DNA of 64,000 nt from Cetorhinus maximus (GCF_964194155.1 NC_135888.1:108500001-108564000), one strand, 5' to 3'. Counted from the first letter of the stretch, positions 23,331 to 37,640 are shown. Made by a program: numbers and translations. Notes: generated by a model not told the origin, from the letters alone.

Positions 23331-25640
23331 GTAATACTGTTTTATGTAGCTGGCCGTTATAGACTGACTGATATATAATCTAGATTTGCCATAAATGAAC
23401 TATCTCAAAATAAGAATCACCAGCACTGAAAAGCTGTTTGCAAAACCCAGATAAATCACAGAATTGGACCTATAATGTTCACCAGTTTGCACATCATTTT
23501 TAGGTGCTGTATCATAGGACAATAATGGGTTAGTAAAGTTGCTTGCTTTGGGTTCAGGGTGTGGACAGGGTGATTTCCTTTATTTTTCACTTCCTTCCCT
23601 TTGTCTTTTAATTGACATTCAAATTCTGGAAGTATTGCAGAAAAGGTCCGCTAATATGATCCCCAGTGCTAGATAGATGGAATGGAAGTTGGAAGTGGGT
23701 GGGGTTGGGGGGGGCGGGGTGGTGGAGGGGTGTGGTAGTTGGTGTGGTGGGTGGTGGCCACACAATTCTACATGGGAAAGCACTCCAACCAGTTAATCTC
23801 CCATTCATCAGTGGCCACACAAGGTCGTCAACCATTTTAACTACTGGTACTTATTTAAATGCTGCTGGTCCACTTCTTACCTGGCACACAGCTCCTGGAG
23901 GTTACCAGGAAAGTGTTGTAGAGGGACCTTAGGGAGAGCCTTGCACTCCTACTCTTTCCATCCCAACAAAGGAACATCTCTGACTTGCCTTTTGACTATT
24001 ATCATCCTTTCTAATAACTACCAAACTGCATTTACCTGGTGTGAAAGCTGTGATCACCGCCCCATTCATGTGTTGGTTAAAAAGCAATCACTGCACTATT
24101 GGACACGCCACTCCTGTTTTTACAATGAGAGTTTTATTGGCAGTTTATGAATGCGTAAGATTGACATGTACTTGCTGACAGAGAAATACCACAAATCAAC
24201 AAAAAGTTGGCTTAATTCATTGTAAAATCTAAGCTATTGAGGTCTCTCATGATGAAGGCATGAGCTTAATAGTGTAGAAAACATCACAATCAAAAAAAAT
24301 CCCATCTACAGAACCAGTATGATTACACACTTCATACAAGAGTGGGTAATTGATCTCTGGATTAAACACTAGTGTAAATTAGCAATTTTTGAAAATTCTG
24401 TTCAATTAACCATGGGTGTTTATGTGATGAATAATAATATTGGTGCAGTGAAGCCTTACAAAATTTTATGGGAGGTACTTTGTGGAAAAATCCTCTAGCT
24501 TTTATAAGGACAGAAAGAAAAAGCGTGCAATAATGGATTGGGCTCTAAGCCTGGATGAATTACCCTGATTATACTGGGAGGGGCTATTTATTCATTGTAC
24601 ATTCATATTTGTATGTTGCATATCGTTAAAAGGATCATGCATTTACAGTAACATTTCTTGACATTTTTGGGCACTGCACTTGTGTGTACAGCTTCTGTCA
24701 TTGGCTTAAAGGGGAGGGTGGACCAGAGAATCTGTTGCGGAGTTCACCGATCCCAATTTGAAAGCTTGCATTTTACAGTCATTTATTCTGCTGACATTGT
24801 CACTTGATTCTTCAATTCTCCAATAGTGTGGTCTCTGCAAATGAACACTTCCTTGAATGTATTGTTTCAAATGCAGCCAGATAGGCGATTGAGACAAGAA
24901 AGGTATGTGAGCTAGAAGTCCTTTATTTACTTCACCTATTTCATCTGAGAGCCTGTGCAGATTTGAAACACTTTTTGTAGAAAAAAAGAATCCTTAGTTT
25001 CAGTAGCTGTCACATTATCAAAAATATGTTAGTCGAAAATGATACCTATGCTATTTAATGGCTATTAGACATTCAGATTGGAAAGCATATCAATACAACA
25101 AAAATGAAGGTTATTGGAATATTTATGATTACCTATTGTTTTTGCAATACAATAACAATGTGTACTTGTATTTAGTCTTTATCATGGCAAGTCTTCCCAA
25201 ACCACTTCATAAAGTGAGTGATGATCGGGCTCATGCTAGAATTGGGGAAAAGCCAGATGTATAATGGTAGGTTTTGCAAAGACTTTTGAAAATGAGGAGG
25301 TGCAGTGCTTTAGGTAGAGAATTTCAGAGTTTCTTGGTGAGATGGAACTGTCCCTGCGCTTTAGGATGATTCTGGAGAAGGATTTGACTGCCGATAAGAG
25401 AACTAATATATTATTTGAAGTGGTCAAGCTAAATCCATCAAAATAACTGGCCATTTAAGAATGCAAAAAGAAGGATGTTACACTGGGAGAACAGTGGGAG
25501 TGGGTATGTGGCAATTAAAGACAGAAGTTAGGACGTTTCTGAGAAAGCCAATATTATGGTAACATGTGGGAGTGAGAAGCAGTTGGGAGTTTCATGTTAA
25601 AACCATCTATTGGCAGAACATCATTATTGCAGCAACTCTG

Positions 25641-25765
25641 GGTGGAATTTTACGACCACGTCATTGCGGGGATGTGACCAGAAAATGCAATGAGCCATTC
25701 AAAGTCCATTGACTTCAGCGGGACCAGAAGATCCTGCTGGTGGGGGGGGCCATAAAATTTCGTCC
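25641..25765. mobile_element. Small Harbinger-type MITE
   Basis: Ends gggtggaattttacg / cataaaatttcgtcc with internal ccattgacttca. Confidence 0.55.
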
Positions 25766-25854
25766 TGTTTCTACTAAGATTCTTTGGGATAGGTGTACAT
25801 TTTTCCACATGGGTTTAAGACCAATTTCAATGGAAATTAAAATTGAGCAGATTC

Positions 25855-26455
25855 TATAATCACAGAATCACAGAATTGTTACGATGCAGAAGGAGGCATC
25901 TGGCCCACCGTGTCTGCGTCAGCTATCCGCATGAGGAGGTGCAGAGGTCCATATCCGCCATTCTCGTGAATCTTTTTTGCATTCTCTCCAATGCCTTCAC
26001 TTCCTTCCTAAAGTGCAGTGCCCATAACTGGATGCATTACTCCAGCTGAGGCCAAACTAGTGACTCAATATAACCCCTTTGCTCTTGTACTCTATGGCCT
26101 TACTAATAAAGCCCAGAATATTGTATGTTTTATTAACCGCGCTCTCAACCTGTACTGCCACCTTCAATGACTAATGCACATATATACCCAGGTCCCTCTG
26201 CTTCTTCACCCCTTTTAGTGTTGTACCCCTTATATTACACTGTCTCTCCATGTGCTTTCTACCAAAATGAATCACTTCACATTTCTCTGCATTGAACTTC
26301 ATCTGCCACCTGTCCACCGATTCCACCAGCTTGTCTAAGTCCTTTTGAAGTTCTACACTATCCTCCTCACAGTTAACAATGCTTTCCAGATTTGTATCAT
26401 TCGCAAACTTTGAAATTGTGCCCCGTACACCAAGATGCACATCACTAATATGTAT
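25855..26455 (-). mobile_element. CR1 LINE 3' fragment
   Basis: ORF reads ISKFANDT.L..DRWQMKFNAEKCEVIHFGR, with a tail repeat aatcacagaatcacagaat. Confidence 0.85.
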
Positions 26456-26939
26456 CAGGATATTATGATCTGCAGCATCAGTTTTAGGTTTGCTGAACAA
26501 GTTAAAATTCTAACTCTTTAAATCCAATATGAACACCTGAAAACTTGATAGGTATCTGATTGAACTCTTGGGTTTCAGAATCCCACATTGAACAACTAAT
26601 ATCAGGTGTTGCATAATGGTGCTCACACAAAGAACGTTGGAAGTTTGAACTCTTTTCCGCAAATTAATCTTTCCTTTTTAACTGCGTACTAATCTATGCA
26701 ATCTCCCTGTACCAACTCTTAAGTTTGGATATGACGCAGAAGTTCGAAGGGAGGGATTTCAACTCATCCAGGTCGCCTTTTGATAGGAATTTATGCCCGT
26801 CACAGCATCTAGTTGTTTCTTTAATGACTTCAGAATTTTATCACTATCCTAATTGGTGTATCATGTATGTATCTTTTTATATCAGTCTTAAACTTGTCTT
26901 TTACTCCATTGTGCTTCCATTTTAGCTTGCAACAACAAT

Positions 26940-27290
26940 ACATTCTCAGCTGAGTAAGGAAGTTGTGGGTTCAAGCCCCACTCTGTGAATTGAGTATATA
27001 ACCTAGGCTAGCACAGTACAAAGAAAGTGCTGCACTGTCAGAGATGCTGTTTTTCAGGTGTGATGTCACGGTACAGGCCCATTTGGCTCTTCAGGTGGAT
27101 GTAAAATATCCATGGAATTACTTGAAGAAAAGCAGGGGATCTCTGCAATTAAAAGTCCCTCAGCCAACATTAACAAAAACAGACTAACTGATAATTTACC
27201 TCATTTTGCCATTCATGGGATTTTGCTTGCAAGTTGGCTGGTGCCTTTGCCTGCAGATCAGTGAGCACACCTCAATAATACTTAATTTGA
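26940..27290 (+). mobile_element. Deu-type tRNA SINE (decayed)
   Basis: B-box gggttcaagcccca, plus tgctgcactgtcagagatg and tcaggtggatgtaaaa. Confidence 0.65.
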
Positions 27291-27777
27291 ATGCTCAGGG
27301 TTAATGTTTCTTATTCCACCCAGTATCTTATATGCATTCATTATAGTTCCTTTTCATTCACCTTTATTTAAGCCTGAACAGTTCCAAGTTTCTTCTTTAA
27401 TAATTCCCCATAATTCAGTCTTCTGACATAAGGGATTAGCCTCGTTCCCCTTGTATGCAGCGTTTCTAGGACCTCACTATTTCTCTTGTTCCTCATTGAC
27501 AGTAAATGTGATATTTATGGTGCGGCCTGACCAGTAGGTCTCCACACTGCTTCATCATAACGGCTTTAGATTTACACTGTACTGATTTGGCAATAAAGAT
27601 TAACATTCTGTTTGCTTTGATTTCTGCTTTGTTGCGACTAAATCTGGTAAGAGTGCACTCAGACTCTTTGATCTCTTTCAACCTTTTCCCTAACTAGTTT
27701 GGTGCCAATCATTCATTTTGACATGTAAAACGATACACTTATTCCTATGACATTTTCAATTGATCACTGGAAATCAT

Positions 27778-27950
27778 GGGGCTAATTTTAACTTTGAGCA
27801 GGGACAGAGAGTTAGAAGCTGCGAATTGGGCACTAAGATACACACGTAGCTTTTCCATTTCCCTTAATGGAAAGGGAATTCGGGCAGGGTCTTAACGGGC
27901 AACCGATATGTAAAAACCCATTTTCCATTCTGTCGAAAATGCTAGTCTCC
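27778..27950. mobile_element. Palindromic MITE related to 22489-22658
   Basis: Starts ggggctaattttaact and has a central tttccatt..aatggaaa hairpin. Confidence 0.45.
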
Positions 27951-29927
27951 ACAAGTCTAAAATTTAAATAGTTTGAGTGAAAATAAGGAGAATAAGATTT
28001 TGCTGTTGAACAGTAGATATGCAGAACAGACTTCCAGTCAAAGCTTTTGGTGACACGTTAATTAATTCTTTCAAAGAAAAACTTGATAAATTTCTGGTTA
28101 GGAATGGAATTAAAAGTTTTACAGATAAATATGGACAGAGGTGATAAAATACTCTGTGGAATATGGCCATTTCTGTGCTGTGGCCATTAAATACCTGGCA
28201 AAACTGTTCAGGCTTGAGTAATGCATCTGTAATAGAAATGGAGATTGTGGAGTTTTGCTTGGATTTCTTTGAGGATCACAGAAAAGATATGAAATTTTTA
28301 TGCAATTAGTCATGCAGAGTGCATGATGGGGAAAATGTGCTCTGTTGAGTGTGCCAACTGTCTCCTTCTAGTTGCATGCTTTCTCACATTCTAATCTATG
28401 AATTTCTGAATTTATTTTGATAAGTTTAATTATTGTCAGTAATTACATTGTTATAATACCATGTGATTACTTAATTAACTACATGATATACTATTATTGC
28501 TATAATGGTTTATGGAAAAATTCCTGGCAATTTGTTGTCAGTGTGTGCAGAATCACTTGAATTATGCAATAATTCATGTGTCAAGGAAAATATAGGACTA
28601 TGGCAAAGACGCAGGACAAGGAGAATGTGAAAACATTTCACAGTCACAGATGAGATATTTATTACTTGGAAAAAAAATGACTTTTTGGCTATGTGCAACA
28701 GAATTATGTTGATGACAATATAGTTCATCAATAGCACAACAGTATTATAAACATCTGCCTGGTTTACCTGTTTTAAATGGCTTTGTAAGTGCTAACTGAG
28801 TTTGCCCTGTACCTTTTTGTGTTTCAGTCGAAGTTCTGCTTATTTGACAGTAGCTGTTGTATGAATGATTTCATGATATTATACCATCCAGGCTTGCAAA
28901 GTGCAATTGAACCGATTATGAGCACACATAAAATAGTTGAAAAAAGGTCATGTTATTAGCTAGCGCTTGTGAGGCTTGCACACTTATTTACAAATGTTAT
29001 GAAATTAGTCACGTCGATGCTTTTTTATGTCCTTATTACATTTTGGCCTTGTTTTGTGATTTTCTAAGTCATGCTTAAGTGGCTAATTTGATCTAAGATG
29101 GATGATACCTGTGAGACATTAACTTTTAGATACATAATCCATTGCAAAGTTAGGACTTTATTACATCCTGTTCATGTGGCTTATCGCCTCTCAAAATATT
29201 AGGATTTCCTAATGAATTACTACAATCTAATGAGCTGCAATATACAACAACTTGCATTTATATAGCATTTTTAATGTAATAAAATGTCCCAGGGTTGCTA
29301 AACGGAGCGTAATCAGACAAAATTGGACATATTAGACATAACCTTCTCAAAATGACAGTTCAAATTGGATAAGCTGTCCAATTGATGCATATAAAGTGAC
29401 CTAACATTAATTACAAGGATCACCGTGCTATGGGAAGTTGAAATTTGAAATTGCCCTCTAACCTTGAAAACAAAAGGGGTGGGGGTATTGTGCTTTGGAT
29501 TATAATTCTGCTACAGCCTTTCTTAGATGAAGCTTGATTATAAAAAACTGACTATAGTTGATGCCAAGAAATTGTATTGATGGGCTCATGATTTTATGAA
29601 ATGAGACCCACAGGAATAATGAAGGCGATACGTAGAAAGAGCTTGTCTGCTCCATTTATCTGTGGTGGTGATCAGTGCAGTAGAACGAGATAACAGGCTA
29701 CCATAAGCTCTAGGAATGTAAGATGAGTTGAACATTATTTTATCATGTGCCAAATTATGTGATTTACTCTTGGGGCAAATGTTTTATTTTAAATAAAATT
29801 GTAATATATAGTGGAAATGCTCAAGCTCTGTCAATTATGGCACACACTGGCTATGATTTACTAATCCAAGTAGGTATTAATGTTATATTAATGCCAAATT
29901 CAGCATACTGCCATAGCGAAAGACAAT

Positions 29928-31490
29928 GGCCCGTAACTTCCATGCTCTCCAGTGTCGGATTTGAGGGGTTCACCAAAGATACGCTGGGGAATCCTTCTGG
30001 CAAGTTCCCAGGTTAGGGTTTGCACGGCAATTGCCCAGAAATGCTAACTTCCTTTGGACAATTGCAGTGCACTGGGAACCATCCGAAAATGTGATTGAAA
30101 TCGCAAACTACGATGGTTCCACCAGGCTTATAACAAAAGTTACCCAGAAAAAGTTAGAAGAATTAAAACCTCATAACTTCTGGGTAACTGTTGTAAAGAG
30201 CCAGACCGACCCCACGGTACTCACCCAAACCCTGCACCCCGCGCCCCCAACAGGACTCCCCCAAATCCCCCTCCGACATAACCATCTCCCCTCCTCCCTC
30301 CCCCCACCACCGATCTTAGCCCCACCCTCCACTCACCAGACCCCGCCCCAACATCGGACCCCGAAACCCCCCCCCCCCGAATCCTGACCATCCGCCTGAC
30401 TTCGGACACCCAAACCATCCCCCACCTCTGACCTTGGACCCCATCCACCCACCCCCCCCCCACCCCCACGTCGGACCCCCCGACCTTTGGAACCCCCACC
30501 CCAGCCTCCAGAACACCCGGGCTGACCCGACCCCAGACAACCTAGACCCCCAACCCAATTTCAGATCCCACCCAACCCAACCCGACTTCAGATCCCCTCC
30601 CGACCCAATTCACCCAACCTTGGACACCCCCCGACCTGATCCAACCCGAACTCGGACCCCCCCTTCTCCCGACCCGACCCAACCTGACCTTGGACCCAAC
30701 CCAACCCGACCTTGGTTTCCACGCTCCACCTCAGACCCAACCTCTCGACCTCCGGACACCCACCCACACCCCTCCGACCTCTGGACATCCACCCACACCC
30801 CCTGACCTCCAGACACCCACTCCCATCCCCCTCCGGACACCCACCCTCACAATCCCTCAACCTCCACACACCAACCCCACCCCCACCCAACCTCCAGACA
30901 TCCACCCCCAGCCCCCCAAATTCCAGGCACCCAGCCCACCCCAATCCCCTTCCAACCTCTGGACACCCAACCCCCACTCCGACCTCAGGAAACCCACCCC
31001 CACCCCCCCCCAACCTCCAGACACCCACTCCCATCCCTTTGACCTCCCGAAACCCACCCCCACGCACCCCTCCAACCTCTGGACGCTCCCCCCCTCCAGC
31101 TGACCTCCAGACACCCACCATAACTCCCCTCAACCTCCGGATGCCCACTTCCCAACCCCCGAATACCCGCCCCCGACCTCCGGAAACCCACAATCCCCAA
31201 ATCCTATCCACTTACCTTAGACACTTACCTTCCCCTTGGCCTCTTGGTTTCCCTGGCTCTTTAAACTTATCAGCTTTATGGCAGCAAGTGCTGTAAAAAT
31301 GGAGCGTGGCCTCCTTGAATACGCTGGATCCAGACTTGGGAGGACTTGTAAGGTTTCTTTTGCTGCAGGCCCCAAGCAGGTCTAGCAAACAGAAGTGGCC
31401 ACGCAATTTTCAATACCAGGTAAGTATGCATTTATTTCTTCTAATTTCTGCAGGCCAGCACTTTCCGATGCTAGTCGGAAGTTATGGCCC
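29928..31490. mobile_element. Non-autonomous Harbinger-type element with internal C-rich minisatellite
   Basis: TIRs ggcccgtaacttcc / ggaagttatggccc with an exact 3-bp TSD AAT. Confidence 0.8.
30205..31200 (+). repeat. C-rich degenerate tandem repeat (ccc[a/g]acctcc[a/g]gacacccacccc-like unit)
   Basis: Dozens of imperfect units of about 20-25 bp with extreme C-over-G skew. Confidence 0.9.
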
Positions 31491-31719
31491 AATTTGAATT
31501 TGACATTAGTGACCCTGTGGAAAGGCTGGACAATGTTGATCTAACCTTGTAATAGTTGTACATTAGGTGGAATTTTCCTACTAAACACCAACAATGCAGG
31601 ATGGAAGGGTTAAGATGGCAAGGGGCTTCGTGCCATGTTTCCAATATAATTTTGAGCCCCACCATTTTAACTAGTCTGAAATCAGGCACAGGAAGGTGAT
31701 TTTACCCAGAACAGAGTGT

Positions 31720-33103
31720 TCCTAATTTAATTGTAGGGAAAACGTTAGAAGCTATTATTAAAGAATTTATGGCAGGGCACTTGGATAAGCTCAAGGTCAC
31801 CAGGCAGAGTCAACATAGTTTTCTGAAAGGGAAATCATGCTTAACCAACTTATTGGAGCCCTTTGAGGAAATAACATGTGCTCATGATAAAGGGGAACCA
31901 GTGGATGTACTGTACTTAGATTTCCAGAAGGCATTTGATAAAGTGTCACATTAAAGGTTATTGCAGAAAATAAAAGCTCATGGTATTGGGGATAACATAT
32001 TGGCATGGATAGAAGATTGGTTGGCTAACAGGAAACAGAGTAGGCACAAATGGGTCTTTTTCAGGTTGGCAAGATGTAACGAATGATGTTCCACAGAGAT
32101 CAGTGCTGGGACCTCAATTTTACAATTTACAATTTATATAAATGACTTGGATGAAGGGATAGAGGGGTGGTTGCCAAATTTGCTGATAACACAAAGATAG
32201 GCTGGAAAGTAAGTTGTGAAGAGGACATAAGGAGGTTACAAACAGATATAGATAGGTTAAGTGAGTGGGCAAAGATCTGGCAGATGTAGTATAATGTGGA
32301 AACATGTGAAATTGTCCATTTTGTCAGCAAGAATAAAAGAGAAGCATATTATTTAAATGGTGAGAAATTGCAGAGCTCTGAGGTGCAGATGGATCTAGGT
32401 GTCCTGGTGCATGAATCACAAAATGTTAGTATGCAAGTGAAGCAAGTATTTAGGAAAGCTAATAGAATGTTATCATTTATTGCGAGGGGGGTTGAATACA
32501 GAAGTAGGGAGGTAATGCTTGAGTTGTACAGGGCACTAGTGAGACTACATTAGGAGTACTGTGTACAGTATTGGTCACCTTATTCAAGGAAGGATATAAA
32601 TGCTTTGGAAGTAGTTCAAAAAAGGTTTACCAGACTAATACATGGAATGAGTGGGTTGTCTTATGTGGAAAGGTTGGACAGACTAAGCTTGTATCCACTG
32701 AAGTTTAGAAGAGTAAGAGGCAACTTGATTGAAACATATAAGATCCTGAGGGGACTTGACAGGATGGATGTGGGGAAGATGTTTCCTCTTGTGGAAGAAT
32801 CCAGAACTACGGGTCACTGTTTAAAAATAAGGGGTCGCCCATTTAAAACGGAGATGAGGCAAACTTTTTCACTCAGAGGGTCATGACTCTTTGGAACTCT
32901 CTTCCTGAAAAGGTGGTGGAAGCAATCTGTGAATATTTTTAAGGCAGAGGTAGATAGATTATTGGTAAGCAAGGGAGTGATAGGTTATCGGCAATAGGTG
33001 GGATGCAGATTTCAGGTTACTATTAGGTCAGCCATGATCTTATTTAATGGTGGAGCAGGCTCGAGGGGCGGAATGGCCTACCCCTGCTCCTTGCTTGTAT
33101 GAT
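31720..33103 (+). mobile_element. CR1 LINE 3' portion (RT and 3'UTR)
   Basis: GKSCLTNLLE..VDVLYLDFQKAFDKV, KFAD.TK, VQKRFTRLI. Confidence 0.9.
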
Positions 33104-33254
33104 AGTTGCATCCGGATGATGTAATTGGCTGTATGGCATTATTATCGCAGGCCTGACTTAGGACTAGCAGTCTTAAACCCATCAGTATCTAAGATCCTGG
33201 CCACAGAGAGTTATAAACATGACTGAAGGACCTCTGTCTTGGTAAATTTTTGAT

Positions 33255-34368
33255 GATGTAACAGGGAGGGTTGATGAGATTAATGTGGTTGATGTGGTGC
33301 ACTTGGACTTCCAAAAGGCATTTGATAAAGTAATACATAACAGACTTGTGAGCAAAGTCGGAGCTCATGGAACAAAGGGGACAGTAGCAGCATGGATACA
33401 AAATCAGCTGAGTGACAGGAAACCAAGAGTAGTTGTGCACAGTTGTTTTTCAGATTAGAGAAAACTATGGATCCCCAGGGTTGCGATTAGGGCTGTGCAG
33501 ATCTACATTAATGATCTGAAATTTGTGGATAACACAAAACTTGAAACTGTTATGAACTGTGAGGTGGATAGTGATAAACTTCAAAAGAGCAGACAATTGA
33601 CAGATGAAATTCATTTTGGTAGGGAGAATGAGGAAAGGCAATATAAATTAAAAGGGACAATTCTAAAGGGGCTGCAGGAGCAGAGGGACCTGAGAGTATA
33701 TGTGCACAAATTATCAAAGGTAGCAGGGCAGGTTGAAAAAGCACACATTCTGGGCTTTATAAATAGGACATAGAGTACAAAAGCAAGGAAGTTATGCTAA
33801 TCCTGTAAAAAAAAACTCAATTTGAGTATTGTGTCCCGTTCTGGGTACCAGACTTTAGCAAGGATGTGAAGGCATTAGATAGGGTACAGGAAACATTCAC
33901 AACAATGGTTCCAGGGATGAGGAACTTCAGTTACATGCGTAGGCTTAAGAGGCTGAGCTGGCCTCCTTGGAGAAGAAAAGATCAAGAGGACATTTGATGG
34001 AGATCAAAATCATGAGGCACCTGGACAGAGTAGATAGGGAGAAATTGTTCCTATTGGCAGGGGAAGGATGCATAACCAGAGGACACTGATTTAAGGCAGT
34101 TGGCAAAAGAAGTAATGGCAATATGAGAAAGATCTTTCTTATGCAGTGAGTGGTTGGGATCTGAATGCACTGCTTGAGAATATGGATGAGATAGATTTAA
34201 TTGAGGCCTTCAAAAGGGAATTAGGTAATTATCTGAAATGAAAATTGCAGAGCTATGGAGTAAAGGTGGTGGAGAGGGACTAGGTGACTTGCTCTTGCAA
34301 AGGGGTAGCATGGACACGATGGGCCAAATGGCCTCCTTCTGTGTTGCAACCATTCTATGATTCTATGA
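33255..34368 (+). mobile_element. CR1 LINE 3' portion
   Basis: LDFQKAFDKV remnant with an attctatgattctatg tail. Confidence 0.85.
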
Positions 34369-35257
34369 AGTCTTTCATACTGTGTGAGACTGGCTGACAT
34401 TATACTTGTTTCTTCTGGAACTTTTTGACACGTTACTAATGTTCAGCGATAGTATATATTTCTGCATATGAAATAGCAATTTAAATCTTGGAGGAGGGCA
34501 CAGTTTCATTCCTACATGGAGTGATTTAATGAATCCCTTGTGAGTTAGTGTCCTGAGGTACCTGTAGCATAACAGTGCCATAATGTGGGGCATAGGTCTT
34601 AATACACAGTATTCTGTAATATATCATGACCTTTGATTTAGTACCAATGTTTGTGGTCCCCTTAGTACTAGGGAAGCTATATAAAACATGCCTCTCATTT
34701 TAATAAACTGATTCTGTCATTATCAAAGAAAACAATTTACATGATTTGTAAGTTGTATGCTCCACAACGCCAGCATGTTTTATCATCAGAAAAGGGAATT
34801 CTGACGGAATATGTACCGCAAGAAATGAATGGCATTGCTACCCATACTGACTTAATGGGAAAATGCACTGCTTGGCATTGTACTATGAGGCTTGAACACA
34901 GACACCGAGGGCGGAATTTTCCCTGAATTGCACTAAGTGTGGTGGCAGGCATGAAAGAAGATTTCTTGCTCGCTGGCCGCAATGGCGGGTTTTTGCGCAT
35001 ATCATCTGCTTCCCAGCGTGTCCTGTCACCTTCTCAAGGGCAACTAAATGCTGGCCCAGCCAGCGAAGCCTGTATCCCATGAATTAATTTTTAAAAAATG
35101 CATGCACAAGAAACACGCCGGGTAGCTGATGGGCAGGCTTGGCTTTGCCCACCACACCGTGACCTCAGCGCTTCCTCGCTCTGGGCGCCATATTTAAAGC
35201 TCACCAGAGTGCAGCCTACTTCGTGTCTTCAAACCAGAGGACTGCTCCAGGTGACAG

Positions 35258-36960
35258 ATGGTCCCGAAAGAAAAGATGGCGGCCCCCAAATTAAGTGATG
35301 CCTCTTTGGGGCATCTACCGGATGCAGTGGAAGCCCGTCACAAACTCCTGTACCCCTGCTTTGGGTGAAGACCAGCCACCAAGCTTGCCAATCCAGCATG
35401 GGAGGTGGTGGCAGCAGTGGTGAGTGCCAACATCCTTCAAAAGAGGAAAAGCACCCAGTGCCAAAAGAGGATGAATGATCTCCTCTGTTCTGCCAGAGTA
35501 AGTCACTCTTCTCATCACACTCGACCCACACACTTACAAACCTATCACACATCCACATCCATCATTGCCAGCTCAAGGGACTTCTCCACTCACTGTCTCC
35601 CAAACATCCTCATCTCCCCTGCCCATCGTCTCCTCATGCTGTCTATGGCACCACTCACTGCACACATGTCAGGCAACTGTCTGATCTGGCCAGGCAGGCA
35701 TTTTGCTTACACTGTCTGCATCTGTCTCTATGCAGGATAAGCTAGCTGACAACAACAGGGAGACATCCCAGACTGATGGAGGAATGCCCGCCATCAAGGC
35801 CTTCATGACCTTTGAAAATAGAGCCAACCAGCTGGCTGCTGAGGACTTGGACTGTCCCTGTGTAGACGGTGAGGTCGGCGGTGCTCAACCAAGTGAAGAT
35901 CCTTCACTGCAACATCCATCAGACAATCATACTGCTCCTGTTTCACATTCCCCTGCCATGCACTAATTCTCTCTCTTTTCTATTGCAGGCACATCTGTGA
36001 AGCATCTGAGGGCAGTCACAAGCCAGGTCCTCGGCTTCAGCCCCGAGCACACCTTGGAAGAGGAATCCGCAGACATCAACATTGAAGTCCTGTCACAGCG
36101 CCCACCCACACCCTCCATCGGCGCAGAGACACCAATCTCAGCGGGACCTAGTTCTAGATTAGCCTCAGAGTCACAATCTCGTGTGTGCATCACACTGATC
36201 TACAACAGCCGGAGGCAGAGAAATCCATGGATGCCGGCATTTGGAGGATAGCTGAATGCCAGGAATCTGCTGAATCTGAGTCAGATGAGGAGCTTCTGGA
36301 TTTGGTTCTACCTCAGTTGCTACAGCTGCAAAGACAAGCTCGGGAACATCAGGAAGGGATGTCCGCCGCACTTCTCAGATTGCAAGGCTCGATAGAGGAG
36401 TTCGTCTGCCTTCAGACTGAGGTAATAGCGCCTGCATGCCAGTGCACCGAGGTCAACACTGGTAAGATGGCGGCCGCCATGGAGACCTTGGTCCAGGACG
36501 TTGGTCCTTCACTGCTGCAGGAGCTGCACTCCATTACTGAGGCACTTGCAGATATCCATCAGTGTCAATGCGAGAGGGGGGTGGGACATCTCAAACTCAT
36601 TCCAGCTGCCCCTTCCTCTCAAGGAGTCAGCAAGGGGCCCTCGGGCACCCATAGGGAGGAAGATCAACAAGTGCACACCCTGGGCCCATCAACCCAGGTG
36701 ACTCCAGGACTGTCCGGCCCATCCGAATCCCCTCTTCCTATGACCCCAGCAGCTCCAGCTCTGCAGGCCGAGGAGGGTGCCACTGCCATATCGCAGTACC
36801 CTGAAAGCAGGCCGGGGCCCTCAAGGCCTTGGCCCTCCAGAGGACGCCCGTCAAGGTTATCACAGTACATAGCAGTCAATAGGCTGCCCCCACCTCCACT
36901 GTGGATGTGGGGAGAGCACCAAGACATATTGGCAGGGTTAGGAAAACTAAGAAGATGTAG
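35258..36960 (+). pseudogene. Three-exon Myb/SANT-like gene (exons 35258-35497, 35736-35892, 35989-36960), decayed
   Basis: MVPKEKMAAPKLSDAS..WEVVAAVVSAN..KRKSTQCQKRMNDL, with canonical GT/AG sites and a cactaat branch point. Frameshifts present. Confidence 0.85.
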
Positions 36961-37514
36961 TTGTACAGCATGGGCATGGGTGTTCATCACTTGTACATAA
37001 TGTTCACAATTGTAAATAAGCTCCCAAGAATGTCTCCTTGTCTATGGCTTCTTGTTCTGATGAGCAGTGTTTTTGTCACTCAAATGTGAAATCTTGGTTC
37101 CTGCAAAATATGAAGGCAAGATTTTCAGTCCAGGGCCTGTTCCCTGTGCAGTGCGTAACCTTCAGAGCAAAGTGATTGTCCAACTTCACAATCACTTGAC
37201 ACATCAGTGATGTCTGCACTTCAGTGTGGCTTGTTATTGCTGCCAGAATATCGTGGGCAGGCATCACAGAGTTCGTGAGTTTCTTTGTGTGTTCTTAACA
37301 CCGTTGAGGTGGGCCTGGCCCCCCCCAAAATCTTCAGCATCTGTGCACAGTGATGCTGTGCTCCTGAAGGGGTCGGATGCTGAGAGCTACCAAAGGATCA
37401 GGTGCTGTTAAAGTATCACTGCTGTGTCTCAATGACATGAGCCTGATCACTGAGGGTATGTGCACTGCCATTAGCCAGACATAAGTCTGACATTCACGGA
37501 TGCAATGTGAGTAT

Positions 37515-37640
37515 AAAAGCAAAATACTCCGGATGCTGGAAATCTGAAACAAAAACAGAAAATACTGGAAAAACTCGGCAGGTCTGACAGCGTCTGTGGA
37601 GAGAGAAACAGAGTTGACGTTTCGAGTCTGTTTGACCTGC
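37515..37640 (-). mobile_element. Penelope-like 3' fragment inserted in H2
   Basis: Same block as at 1655, flanked by a tgcaatg(t/c)gagtat duplication. Confidence 0.7.

Noticed and set aside
30221-31296. Long Pro-rich and Gly-rich ORFs on both strands
   Set aside because: Artefact of a stop-poor C-rich minisatellite inside a MITE.
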